From the NCBI RefSeq assembly GCF_037042905.1, contig NC_087257.1:3968001-4032000 (forward strand): a stretch of 64,000 bases of DNA, given 5' to 3'. The translations under genes and the position numbers were made by a program. Of the stretch, positions 35,501 through 48,200 are shown in pieces. Source of the DNA: Lytechinus pictus (Eukaryota). Under the pieces are notes generated by a model, which saw only the letters and a list, made by a program, of their open reading frames with translations, was not told the origin of the DNA and ran no database searches. The number at the start of each line of letters is the position of its first letter. The first letter of the stretch is position 1.

Positions 35501-38500
35501 AACAAAGTTCCGAGGAGCAGTTGCAACAACCTGACAACGTCACACGTCGTCGAACACCGAGGCGACAGAAAATGAACAAGGCCTGTCTGGATGCTAGACG
35601 TCGAGCAACAGGTGCGAGGAAGACGAGCTACAGGAAGGATCAATTCCAGGTGAAAGATTGTAGGAACCTGGGAAGAGGCGGGAAGCACTGCAGATCTTGT
35701 TGCCATGATGCCAAGATGCAGACGATGACCTCTCTAGCTCTGCAAGCAGTGGCTGGTTGGGACGAGGGCATGCCATCTGCTTCAGCAACGAATGATGGTT
35801 CAAAAGAAATCCCGGTGTCGGGATTCAACCAAGGAAGAGTGATAGAGATGGTTGATGGTTCCTGTCAAGTTCTACCGGAAGATATCGACACCAAATCCGA
35901 AATAGATGACGTCATTGGTGCCCATGTATCAAACCAGCATCCCGATCTTTCATCGGGACAAAGCCAGAATGAAAATTCAGAAGATCCAACACAACATATT
36001 ATTCCAGAAAAAGGGGAGGACTTAGATAGACAGGACGAACTCCTCGAGGAAACATTCCAAGGAGAAGGGAACACTCAATCTGGACAGAGTGCGACTGTTG
36101 AAAAAAATGCCTCTGGAGTGTCTGCATCTGTTGTCAGTCTAGACGAAGAATTGTGCTCCGAAGATAATCTTGAAAAGCAAAAGGAACTAATGAAAAGGGT
36201 ATCCGATCTACTGGTAGACAAATGGTGCTTGGAAGGCCAAGTTAAGGTAAAAGTCAACCCATTTTACAGTCACATATAGCAAACCTCAGTCATTTTTGTT
36301 AAAGACATATTCTATTCTACGATTCAGCTTTGATGCATCAAATTTAATTTCAATTCATAAAAAAATTGCATCAACATTATATGCGAGTACATTGCATTAC
36401 GAGTTGTTTAAATCGGAGGCTTGGGGATTGCCGAAGGTCCTGCTTTTGGTAGGCTCCTTTAAAATGAAATTATCTTTTCTTATACTTTTCATTCACAGAA
36501 ACCAAGACTTCAACCCCTCTTCATTTTAATGCAGTGTTACCAGGTGCTATATCTGATTTTGTTTTCATATTCGAATAACCAAGAATGTCTTACAGCAACG
36601 AAGTATAATCTAGATCAGTATGGCTTTAATCTTTGGTTTCCATCAGACGGAGAAGTGTACAGAGTCACGTTCATATCCCTCCAACAACACTAACATAGAT
36701 GTAATTAAAGATTAAATATAAAGTGCATCAGGCATTTTTATGCAAAGGGGCTTGTGCGTTATGAGAAACAATTGGAATATAGTTATATAAAACATTAACA
36801 CACCACGTTTCATACTGCCAGGCCCTAGAAGACAACGAGCGGGACCTGACTGAAGCCAAGAGCGAGATGTCCATACAGCTGAATGCTGCCCATCGTCAGC
36901 TAGCTAGATCCTGCAGTGATACAGGGCGCCCTCACCCCAGTCACAACGTTTTGGCTCTACAAGACAGGCTAGGCTGGATGCAGAAGCGACTGAAGGAGAT
37001 GGAGGATGACAGAGATAATGATGGGAAAGCGAAATCTTTATTAAAGGTTAAAATCATTATTCTTTCTCCGTATTGCAAGTTGTTATCTTTATCATTCTAA
37101 ATCGTTTAACCAAAGCTTTCAATAAGATGGATTGTCGGAAATTTCCAAAAGCCAAAGGTGATAACCGTCCCTCATCTTTCGGGTTCAAATCACGTTACTT
37201 ATTTCAGATAAACTTGAATACACAGTTCTAAGCTATCAGGTTCTTGACGGATTGATAGATGGCATTCTTAACCCTAAACTGACCGAGGGGGGGGGGGGGG
37301 TTGAATCAACCCCCCCTCAACATTTTCTGCGATCATTTCGCCGCGCGAATTTTTTTTACCGCGCCACTAATACCGTGTTTACACTTAATCGGCATTTGAA
37401 TCGGCTCGCGGTTCTGAACCGCGAGCTGTAACAACGTGTAAACGCAATCCAAATGCCGATTCTGCATCGGCATTTGGTTCAGAACCAATTGCCGATTAAG
37501 TGTAAGCACGGTATAACAGAGTTTATACTTTCAAGTCTCGCGCATCTTTTCAGACCAAATTTGCGACGCCCGGGTACGCGGTTCCGAAATTACGCAACAT
37601 TTTCTAAGTGCATGTCAGACCAAAAATTGTTCCAAAACGTGATTTTGTGTACAAAGTCAATGCAAATTGAGTTTTCTCATCTTATACATAAAGATATGAT
37701 TATTTTTGCTTTTAACGGCTGAAATCAATTGATTTTAGCATAATTAAGCTTCAAAAAGATTGTGCAATAAATCTGGTGAAAAAAACAAAGAAAAACAAAA
37801 GGTTGAAAAACAATGAAATACATAAGAAATTCATAAAACAATAAAATACATAAGAAATTGATTTCCAAACCGAAGTTTTTTTTCGATTGCGATTGTTAAG
37901 AATGCTACCAAAAATATTGTTACCAAAAATTAGCATTCTAGGAGCTTTATTTAGTGAATTAGAGCAAAAAGTATGATTTATTCATAAATTAGCATAATTA
38001 TTTCATATAAAATAAAATCTCATTATTTTTGAAAATTTCACCATACAGCCTTGTAGATTACATCGCACACTACCAGCGTGCAAATTTTTGCGGCGCTCGC
38101 GCGATCGGCGGCCGAGATCTCGGGGGGGGGGGGGGGGAATCAACCCCCCCCCCCCCCGACCACAGAACAGCCAAAAAAGCCCGGCCTAGTTAGGGTTAAA
38201 ATTGGATTTACTTGCAGTTGCATTAATCATGAATTATCACCATCAAAGTTTTGTAGAACACTGTGCGATCAAACGCACCTCTAACAACCAAACATGACCA
38301 GTAAACATATCATGATTAGAGGTGTGCATTGCATTAACAGAATCGCATTTAATATCTTCGTTTATCTTTTTTTCCACTCAAACACTAACATACTTCCGTT
38401 GTGATATAGATTAGTAGACCATATTATAATGTTTTACAACTATGGTAACTCTTCCATTAATCTTTATAATTCTGACTGTGAGTGACTGCAGTGTCGTGTT

Positions 38501-38784
38501 ACCATGGTAAAATGACAGAATAACCATAGTTGTAACTTTTTAATGAAACAAGTCCCATATCGTTATAAAAAGAATATATTATTCCATTGTCTTCAATGTA
38601 GTCTGAGCTCGAAGACAGTAAGAAGAAGGTAGCTGACCTAGAGGCGGTGAAGAAGAGATTGGAAGGCGAGGTTGAAGGATGGATGGAGACTGTGATGGAG
38701 GTGAGAAAAGGCCGAATCAATCTACTCAACCATATGGATAACATCGCACACAAGGTAGGCATATCTTCACTCAAACTCAAACTC

Positions 38785-38819
<35 letters not shown>

Positions 38820-41758
38820 GGGGGGGGGGGGGTCATAAGACTTCTCCACGATACAATTATAGCAATTTCCTAGATGAATGTAACAGTTTTGTAACACCGG
38901 GCATGTTGGCTCGGTGGTAGAGCGTCCGCCTCATGGACGGGAGGTCGTGGGTTCGATCCCCGGCCAAGTCATACCAAAGACTTATAAAAATGGGACCTTC
39001 TGCCTTCTTGCTTGGTGCTCAGCATTTAGATTTGAGAAGGGTAATAATAACATATTATGTTATGCAGGGCCCGCTGGAAGAGCAGTCTTATGATTGAAGT
39101 GGCTACCCTGGGTAAATAAACCGTTATTATTATTATTATTATTACAATAACTATATTTACATTTAATAAAGCTATATGATTGAAGCTATATGATTGAAGT
39201 GGCTACCCTGGGTAAATAAACCGTTATTATTATTATTATTATTATTAGAATAACTATATTTACATTTGATAAAGCTATATAGCCATGTGAACCTTATTTC
39301 ATGCTTGGTAAAACATATTTATTGATATCCATGAAGGTGTATAAGTCAGTGTAGAAGGCCATAGAGGATATTCAAGTCCATCGGCCGATGACGGGGAACG
39401 GTCGACTATTCTGCTTGCGCATACTCACTGTCAGGGACTTCAGACTCCATATTCAGACAACTTTCCTCGAGTGAAGGGCTTGCATTTTCGCTAAAAAAAT
39501 ATCTAAAAAAGAGGTAGAGAATGAAAGAGGTCTGGGCCTTTGTTTCTAAAGGCACTTATCAAAAAGTAAAAGGAACACAGCCCCCCCCCCCCCACAACAA
39601 CAAAAAAACAATACCATGAGAAAGAAGCAGAAGATGAGATTGCCGAGAGTCGAAATTAAGAAAAAAATGTAAAATTGCCTTAACTCGATTACGCAGATTC
39701 CACAGTTCTATGGAATTAAAAAAAAATGAAATAGCGCATGATTATATGTATAATCCTTAACAACACGATATTTCTATATATTTTAATAATAACACCATCA
39801 CGTTTTCATTCTTCACTCGTAATTACAGGTCGGGAGGCTAAACACAAGCGAACAATTTTTCAAATGCAATGAAGGAGATCCCGCCAGAAAATCAATGGTA
39901 ATTTTGTTTATAACCAGCCCTTGCCTGATAATCTTTGAATTAATCAATATTTAGGCTACGTTAACATGGTTAAAGCTTAAACAGAACATTAAGTCATTCT
40001 TTGCCGAGAATTAGCTTTCGTTTTCCCCTTTCATGTTGTCGTGATTATAACATATTCCTTTATTAATGCCATGTACAACTAGTAACCCGAAATTAGACCC
40101 TATTTTAGCCAATCTGGAATGAAATTATTGGAAATGGTTTTTCAATTGATTTGAGTAGGTATGGGTGTCAACATTAACCAACAAACCCAGACTTTAGTGA
40201 TCTATGATGTTATTACGAATTGCTCATATTTCGTCATGTATAATTATTGATTATATAGTAATTGCAATTTTCATCACCATGCATGCGTCACTTCGAAGTT
40301 TAAGAAATATTTTCTTGTTCTTACTAATATTTTTGTTTCTGCTTAAAATTGTCCGGAAATGTATTTGAGAATTCGGCAACCCATGTTTGGAACCTAGTCG
40401 GAGCGCAAATGTCATCATTACCATGTGCATGGAGAGGACCTTAATTCGTTGGTCCTTTGGTACTGGTCTATGATTCTTTATTACCAGTCAGGTAAAAAAT
40501 CTTCCCCACTGTAAAACATTTTTAAATACTTCATTTTCAGGATGATGAGGGTAATCATCGCCATGTGGGAGTAACGTGTGGGTGTTCGAGCCACGATGTG
40601 ATGAGGGTGAAGGAACTCGAGGCTGACATCGAGACTCTAGCAGAACAACGGAAACTACAGGACGCCCAGATTGAACAACTCTCTGAGCTGGTAAGTATTT
40701 GATGCAGTAGGTGACCAGATCAGTGATGGTAGTGGTGGGGGTGGTGGTAATGATGATGGTGACGATGATGAGGATGTGGAGATGACGGTGATGATGATGA
40801 TGGTGGTGATGACAGTAATCACATGGCGAACAGATGAAAGAAAAGAGAGAAAAGGAAAAGTTTTAAGGGGGAAATTATGATGTCAAAACCTACCACAATT
40901 TTGGATTTTCGTAATGAAAATGTAATTTTTTTTCCTTGCTCGCATCTTTTTATTTATTTTTCGCGGTATGCCATATCGAGCCCCCTCAAAATTTTTGGCT
41001 CATTATGTCACTGACGGTAATAATGATGATGGGGCTGGTGGTGGTGATGGCGGTTGCTGTTTGTGATGACGATGATGATGATGATGGTAATTATTATGAT
41101 GATGGTGATGGTGGTAATGATAATGACCGATGGTGATGATTTTGATATACTAAATAACGATAATGGCGTTGTTGATGATTACGAATTATGGTCATGATCA
41201 TGATAATAATTTTGATACTTATGACGATAATGATGATGATAATAGTGATACACAATAATAAAATCTTTATAATGCATGCCGGTATTAGTATTGTTATTGT
41301 AATAGGTGCTATTTTGCTAGTTTGATTAAAAACATGATTATTTCAAACATACATATAACATTCAATTCATTCAAATGAAAAAAAAACATCATTGATAAAA
41401 GACATGATAAATAACAAACGTTGTCTTTCTATAAATCTCTTATTTTCTAAAATATAAAGCCTGATTTAAAAACATAAACATCAGCGAAACGTTGCATCAT
41501 TGTATGATTAAGATTTATACAATTTGTTTTTCTTTACCTACAATGGACTCTTGCCACGTGGTATTTAGTACCGCACTATACATTTATAGAAAAGACTCTC
41601 TTATTTTGCTTAATCTTTCCAACCTTGTTCCATTTTACTCTCCATAGCTTCAAAGATCAAACGACGAAAAGCACGAATTGATGAACCATCTCACAGAAGT
41701 ACAACAAGAAAAGCGAAATCTCCAATCCGATTTTGATTCCATTCTTGCTTGCGAATAA
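29591..41758 (+). CDS. Uncharacterised coiled-coil protein, 13 coding exons, ~955 aa
   Basis: Phase-consistent GT-AG exons: 29591-29866, 30558-30634, 31316-31470, 32559-32764, 33276-33455, 34080-34264, 34823-35105, 35449-36246, 36822-37046, 38602-38754, 39829-39897, 40541-40690, 41648-41758 (TAA). Total 2868 nt with no internal stop. E/K/L/Q-rich heptad-like segments such as ELENQIDLLNVINQQLTEY and VKELEADIETLAEQRKLQDAQIEQLSELLQ. No family recognised. Confidence 0.8.
31492..31891 (+). mobile_element. L2-clade LINE 3' fragment
   Basis: Decayed ORF2 C-terminus (PTRSLRSADQALL...WGDRAF...KLWNSLP); L2-type tail AAGCGC...GCGCTATACAAG(CAT)n; 8-bp TSD CACCCTAT at 31484-31491 / 31892-31899. Confidence 0.8.
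33767..34034. mobile_element. Harbinger-like MITE (inverted, shorter copy at ~48247-48432)
   Basis: TIR CGCCCTTTCACA / TGTGAAAAGGCCC; internal sequence shared in reverse complement with 48247-48432. Confidence 0.6.
37272..38195. mobile_element. piggyBac-like MITE (TTAA, CCCT...AGGG) containing a nested Harbinger-type MITE at 37371-37513
   Basis: TTAA-CCCTAA...TTAGGG-TTAA. Inner TIR TACCGTGTTTACACTTAATCGGCA / TGCCGATTAAGTGTAAGCACGGTA with TAA TSD. Confidence 0.8.
38898..39143 (+). mobile_element. tRNA-derived SINE (Meta-domain-like core), with its 3' end tandemly re-duplicated at ~39189-39280
   Basis: A box TGGCTCGGTGG, B box GGTTCGATCCC, core GTCATACCAAAGACTTATAAAAATGG...GCTTGGTGCTCAGCAT, AATAAA and (TTA)n tail. 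Confidence 0.8.
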
Positions 41759-43714
41759 TTCATATACTAAAGAAAAATGGACTGCAAAAACCGAAGCCTT
41801 TTTATTATGTAAATGAATGGTATGAAATTGGACTTCCAAAGCTGAAGTATTTTTTAGCATAAATCATTCCAAAATTTACCATGGTGATATTTTTGTTCTC
41901 CTCCTGAGTAAACATGTCGAATAAACAAATTCTACATGAATTTTTATAACGCCGTAAAGTACACTTTACAAGTTAGATTCATATGTATCGAGACTTGAAT
42001 TACATATACTGTATCTAACGAAGATTTTTTCAGCTTGTTTAATAAGGCTTCCCCATCGTAATAAATAAAACTTTATGGGAATTATGGAACTTGTAAGCTG
42101 CGTTTGGAAGAGGAAACAGATGACTGTATTATTCATGTCTTTCACATGATAAGGTATTTCGCCTAATTCAATAATTTTGTCATGTGTGTATGTTATATGC
42201 AAGGCATATGGGCATTATGGCGAAAGGGTGGTTTTAATTCAAAGCAGTATCAGATAGATTGGCAATAAAATCAAATGTTATGAATACCATGGAAAAATAT
42301 TTATTCTGCTGCACAAAAAATACTTTGAGAGTATTCCTTCCTGTCTCCAGATTTATTCAGATGTACTTATCGAAGTCAAAATATTTGTTTATCATTTGCT
42401 AAATTATGTAGAGAGACTTTCATTTACATCTATATAGGCCCAACATTCGTCTTTCGAATATCTCAAGAAATAGGCTATTACATAACTTGGACAGCAGACG
42501 CTGATGGCTGTATTGGTTTCTTTAAAAATGAAATGACAAATAAACGTGATAAAAGTGAAATCTATAAAACAGTGGGACATTATTATGTTATTGTTTTCAA
42601 TGTTTGTATGCGCGTGCGTGGGTGTGTGTGTCTGTGTGTGTAGGGGGGGGGGGGGGGTGGTCAGCGAAAAGGCCAGGCGATCGCCATGGTTGAGACAATT
42701 AAGCCAACTGTGAAAAAATTGAAAATAAAATAACTTTCGGAGTTCGGTGATGAACACAGATTATCAAGTGAAAAGCTTGGTTTTATCGATTTACTCAGTT
42801 TAAAAACCTATAAACTGGGTAGATAAAGCTATAAACACAATTTTTTATTCATATACTTGATTTTTGATAATCTACGGTTCTACGGTCGATCAATTGTTTT
42901 TTTTTATCAGCTTGATAGTGTCACTCGAAAAGCTGATAAAAAAGCGTAAGTTGTATATCAATATGTTTATCCAGCGAAAAAACTACAAGGCTGAATAAAC
43001 TTAGGCCGTGTTTATGCTTCCACTTTTCAGGCCAGAATCAGCGTTTTCATACGTGATTAGTCCAAAACACGGCAGCGTCCATGCTATATTATCAACTATA
43101 AGCTTTTTCGAAATAACTTTTACCCTGCATGTCAATTGGGGGAAAAAGATAGTCTAACACGCCAAAAACTTCTATAGCTTGAAAAATGAGAGTACGGATA
43201 AAGGCACCAAAGTTTGCTTATTTATGTGTCATTTGGCTTACCATACATGGAAGAAATTAAGAATCACGTGGCGATATTTACTTGCATTGAGGAAACGCCT
43301 TCTTTTGCAATGTTCATATGCGCGGGATGCGCGTTTCCGTTTTACACCCTGGCGAAGGCATTTTCCGCAAAAATAGCCACGAAGCGACTAGTGAAGAGTC
43401 TACACACGTCGCTGGTTGCAGCGCGGGTATACCGTTGCGACACAGGCGAGTTCCACACCACTGCATGCAATCTGCACACAGTTTACTGATCAGAGCATAG
43501 AGTTCCTCGGCACTTCATGTACAGAGAGCAGTCATATGAGTGAAATCCGAACATGCTTTTGCAGTTACGATTTTTTATGAAAAGTTATGAAAAGTTTTTT
43601 TTCTAAATATAAATTATTAACTATATAAATGAATAGAATGACAGACAAAATAAAAATAAACAGATACATATAATAGAAAGAAAATTGAAGTTTGATGGAT
43701 TGATATACTTAGAT

Positions 43715-43755
43715 GCCGAAAGATAGATATAGAAGACTGATAAATAGATAGAGAC

Positions 43756-43792
<37 letters not shown>

Positions 43793-44130
43793 AGTAGAGG
43801 GGGAGAGAGAGAAAGACAGAGATATGTATAGATAGATAGATGGGGGGAGAGAACTCAGAGATGGAGAGATGTTATAGATAGATAGATATATGGACGGATA
43901 AAGAGAAATAGAGAGAGAGAGAAAAGACAGACAGATGGATAGATAGAGGGGGAGAGATAGAACATCTGAGAGATAGATAGATGTTAGATAGATAGATAAA
44001 GAATGAGAGAGACAGAGTAGATAGACAAATTAACAGATAGATATATCATGTAGTTCCATATATTGATTTATAACATAGATAGTAGTGGATAGACAGATTT
44101 TTTTATGATAGATATAAGGATAGATATAGT
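43715..44130. repeat. (GATA)n/(GA)n compound microsatellite
   Basis: Visible tandem GATA and GA units. Confidence 0.9.
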
Positions 44131-44659
44131 ATGAAAAAAAGTACTTATGTGTTTTATTTTTCAATATTTTAGCTATTATTCGTTTTCATTCATATAAACG
44201 ATCATGTGCGATAAAGTAAAAAAAAATCATGAAGCCAACGTATGTAGTTCAGCGGAACAACCAAAATACAGAGACTGAAGCTTTTGGTCTATAAGCTCAG
44301 CTGCATTTGCACGTATGTTCTGGGGATATCTTCGGTGCTGACTTTTAATTTGGATCGCGCGCCCAGCTGATTATGTAAACAAACGTAGACGTAGACTCTT
44401 CACTAGTCGCTTTGTGGCTATTTTTCCGGAAAATGCCTTCGCCAGGGTGTAAAACGGAAACGCGCCTCCGGGATCAATGTGCGAATTCCACATCACGTGT
44501 AAAAGGATTTCACCGCTTCATTTTTGTGTTCATTCACACACGTACGGCATGCATTAAAAGCCAATTGTCATTTTTCAAATAAAAAAACCGTCGAAATTCA
44601 CCTCCAAATGCCGACAAAACAACCCATGAGTTGACAGTCAGTTTATTCATATTGAATTA

Positions 44660-44999
44660 ATACAATTTTTTTTAAGTTTTAGTTTTAGTTTTATTTTTAG
44701 TTTTTTGGTTTATATTTTGATTAATTGTACATATAAAATTTATTTCTCGCTTGTCATATTTTGAGGAGCCCACCTTATACAAGCTTTGCTTTTTAGTGGG
44801 ATCCTCCATTTTCACAAATTGTAAATCACAAATCCTTTACATAATATTATTTTGTATGTAACTTTCTTATAACATGTCTTTTTCAAGTTGATTTTATGAC
44901 CTTGATATATTTTTTATGATGTCGACTTGTTATGATTGTATTTATTTGATTTATATTTTGTTGAAAATGAAATAAATGAAATGAAATGAAAATGAAATG
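44660..44999 (+). mobile_element. Crack/L2-group LINE 3' UTR fragment
   Basis: Stem-loop GGAGCCCAC...ACAAGCTTTGCT...GTGGGATCC (44765-44803) resembling the 3' hairpin of the 49-53 kb LINE; AATAAA(TGAAA)n tail. The 5' boundary is approximate. Confidence 0.6.
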
Positions 45000-45209
45000 T
45001 AGCTACATAATTATACGTATGGTCGTGATTCTACTTTGACCTTAACTGAGTTAGTCTTTTACGCTATCGCAGACCTATAAATCAAGATAAGAAATATAGC
45101 TAATCATGCAATTCGATCTGGTTGACACTATGGACATATAGGTCCATGTTGACACTAACCATAGAGCTAATAGCTCTATGCACTAACCGAGAGTTCCAAA
45201 GTCTGAGAC

Positions 45210-48200
45210 ATGGTTTCGGCGATCAAAATGGCGCTCTCGATAATACAGACGTCCAGTATCATACTACTGTTCGTATGTATTCTTCTTAAAGGCTGCAAAT
45301 CACAGATCCAATGCGCACAGACGGGAAGGTGCACATGTACATTTAACGATCAACAGAAAACCAAAGTTAATTTTGGTGTGATTGGATTAAGGAATGGAAA
45401 ACCAAAGTAAGTATAATAATCTATATAGAATTACTGTGTATATGCCTTTGTAAAGAGAGTAGACCATTTACTTTTATTTTGTAAACAAATTAAACTTAAA
45501 ATTTTGTGGATCTGCCCTCACTTGCCACTTTATGACATGCAAAGAAGTTAGTTTTTGATCCACCTCCATTTTATGGCCATATTTGAATGGTTTAGAACAA
45601 AACGCCGCAACAACAAATACAATTCAAAAGCGATAGAATAATAAATGGAGTAATAACTAGGAAAAAGACGAATTGGTTACATGGCGGCGACAATTATTGC
45701 TCCGATGGAAAACCTTAAGCCAAACACATAATCTAACCTCCAAAACTAAATATTGAACTCTAATACTTATCTTAACATTACTCTGAACCAGTGGCGTACC
45801 TAGGATTTTCCACGGGGGGGGGGGGCAAATTCGTCCGCCAAAAAATTTGACAAGCAAAAAAAAAAAAAAGGTCTTCAACCACAAATAATGGACCTCGTAC
45901 CAGAAAAAAAAATTTGACAAGCAAAAAAAAAAAGGGGGGGGGGGCAGGGATATGTCCCTTGCATGGGTTGTGGCTCGTCAGGGGGGGGGGGGCAGTCTAC
46001 CCCTCGTAGGTACGCTAGTGCTCTGAACCATAAACTCTATTACAATCCAAACTCTAACCCTAGCCTATCCACTCCGAGATATTAAGACCGGAGCAAATGC
46101 CGTGACACCGAAGAATTAAGAGACATGAAAAAGATATTTCTTTATTGTTAAATGTCAAGTCCACCCCAGAAAAATGTTTATTTGAATAAATAGAGAAAAA
46201 TCAATCTAGCAGAACACTGGAAATTACATAAAAATCGGATGTAAAATAAGAAAGTCATGGCATTTTAAAGTTTCGCTTATTTTTTTCACAAAACAGTGAT
46301 ATGCACAACTCAGTGACATGCAAATGAGAGAGTCGATGATGTCACTCACTCACTATTTATTTTGTTTTTTATTGTTTGAATTATACAAAAAATTTTTTTT
46401 TTACAGATTTGACAATGAGGTTCAACTTGACTGAACCAAACAGTATTAAACAATCCTAATTCCACATGTTCAGGAGGAATTAATCGTCGTTTCACTTGAC
46501 AATGAGGAGAAAATTAGAATATTTCATATTTCATTTAATAATATACAAAAGAAATAGTGAGGGGATGACGTCATCAGTCTCCTCATTTGCATACTGACCA
46601 GGATGTGCATATAACTGTTTTATGAAATTAAGCGAAACTTTAAAATGTCATAACTTTCTTATTTTACATCCGATTTTGATGAAATTTTCAGTGTTATGTT
46701 TGTTGGAGTTTTTTCTTTTTATTCAAATCAACTTTGAAAAAAGGGAAATTTTAAGGTTTTTAAAGAAATCATGAAGAGCATACATATCTCACCAATCCAC
46801 TTACGCGAACGTATGTACAGATTTGACATGTTTGATATTCAGACCTTAAAAGGGGGCAATCACTTTAGGTAATCATGAAAAAGAAGCAAATTATGCCACT
46901 ATACATTAATGGAACTATAGGCCTATTTGGTGTACATTGACTTGAAAACGGGATGTTTTAGTACAAAATGAATTAAAAAGACAATGCGAGCACCAGGAAT
47001 GATGAACACATATAGGCCCTTAAGCAAATTATGTTTCATAATAATAATGATAATGTGACTTATACAGCGCCAAATCCACTCTGTAGAGTGCTCAAGGCGC
47101 ATAAAGAGCTAAGAGTTAAATAAAAAAGTTTTTAGAAGATTTTTTTAAAGTTTCGACAGAGGTACATTTTTTTATGTCTTCAGGAAGGCTATTCCACAAA
47201 GTGGGGCATGCAAAAGCAAATGATCTCCCCCCCCCCCAAAGTTTTTGAAACTTTTGGAATAATAATGAAGCCAGAAGTGGATGAGCGCAAGGACCTGCTT
47301 CATAAAGTTATGAAAAAAATATTTCTTATGTAATAAAATATAATGTAGTATTACGCCTCTGTCTCCGACCATGCATACCTGCCCTGTTTAAACAAAACTG
47401 AAATAAGTAAAGGAACATGAAGGGCATTTATTATATTTTACCTCTGATTTATAGGTTTGACTTCGACTCCTATGGACAGAAAGGAGCGTTCAACTATGCT
47501 TTCAACCCATGTTATCCTTTCTCGGCGGGGACTTGCAAAGATGTCGTCGTAAGTACGCCCCCTACTGGCAAAATAAAAAAATCTTGTCATTCAAATATTT
47601 TACATATGTAGTGTGCACTGAAAATTCTTAGGTTTTATCGCAGTCACACACAAAAAGCCATCTCGAAACCAACCGACCGAAACATGAATATTCCAGTTAT
47701 TTGATTTTAAGAATGCAACCTTTTATGTATAGCCACTGTCAGTTGAGGATATGTTGGGGTGGGATGGGCTGTCTTAAAAACGAAATGATAAATAAAAGCG
47801 TTTACATTCTTAGCGGGGGATGGCTTGCCGCGCAAAAAATGGGGATCTTTGAAGACAACGTGGACCCATTTTAGAGCCCCTCCTATTAGAATAACTGGAC
47901 CCCCACTGCCCAGTATTCCATCACAATACTTATGTAGTATGTCGTATTTTTCATTATAGTCGTGTCAAAATGAGGCGGAGGGACCTAAACACTGGGACCT
48001 CGGAAACCCCGACCCGGTGAGCTGGGAAACGCTTCCTCAAGGGACTATTCGAGTTACCTACACTGCTACCCAGGAAGAAGATGAAAGGTAATCAAGTGAT
48101 TGGCTGAAAACTATCACGTGATGATCAGTCATATATCTTTAATAACAACAGGGAAATTTGATATTGGCCAGTACTAATGACTAGTTCTATTAACCATGTT

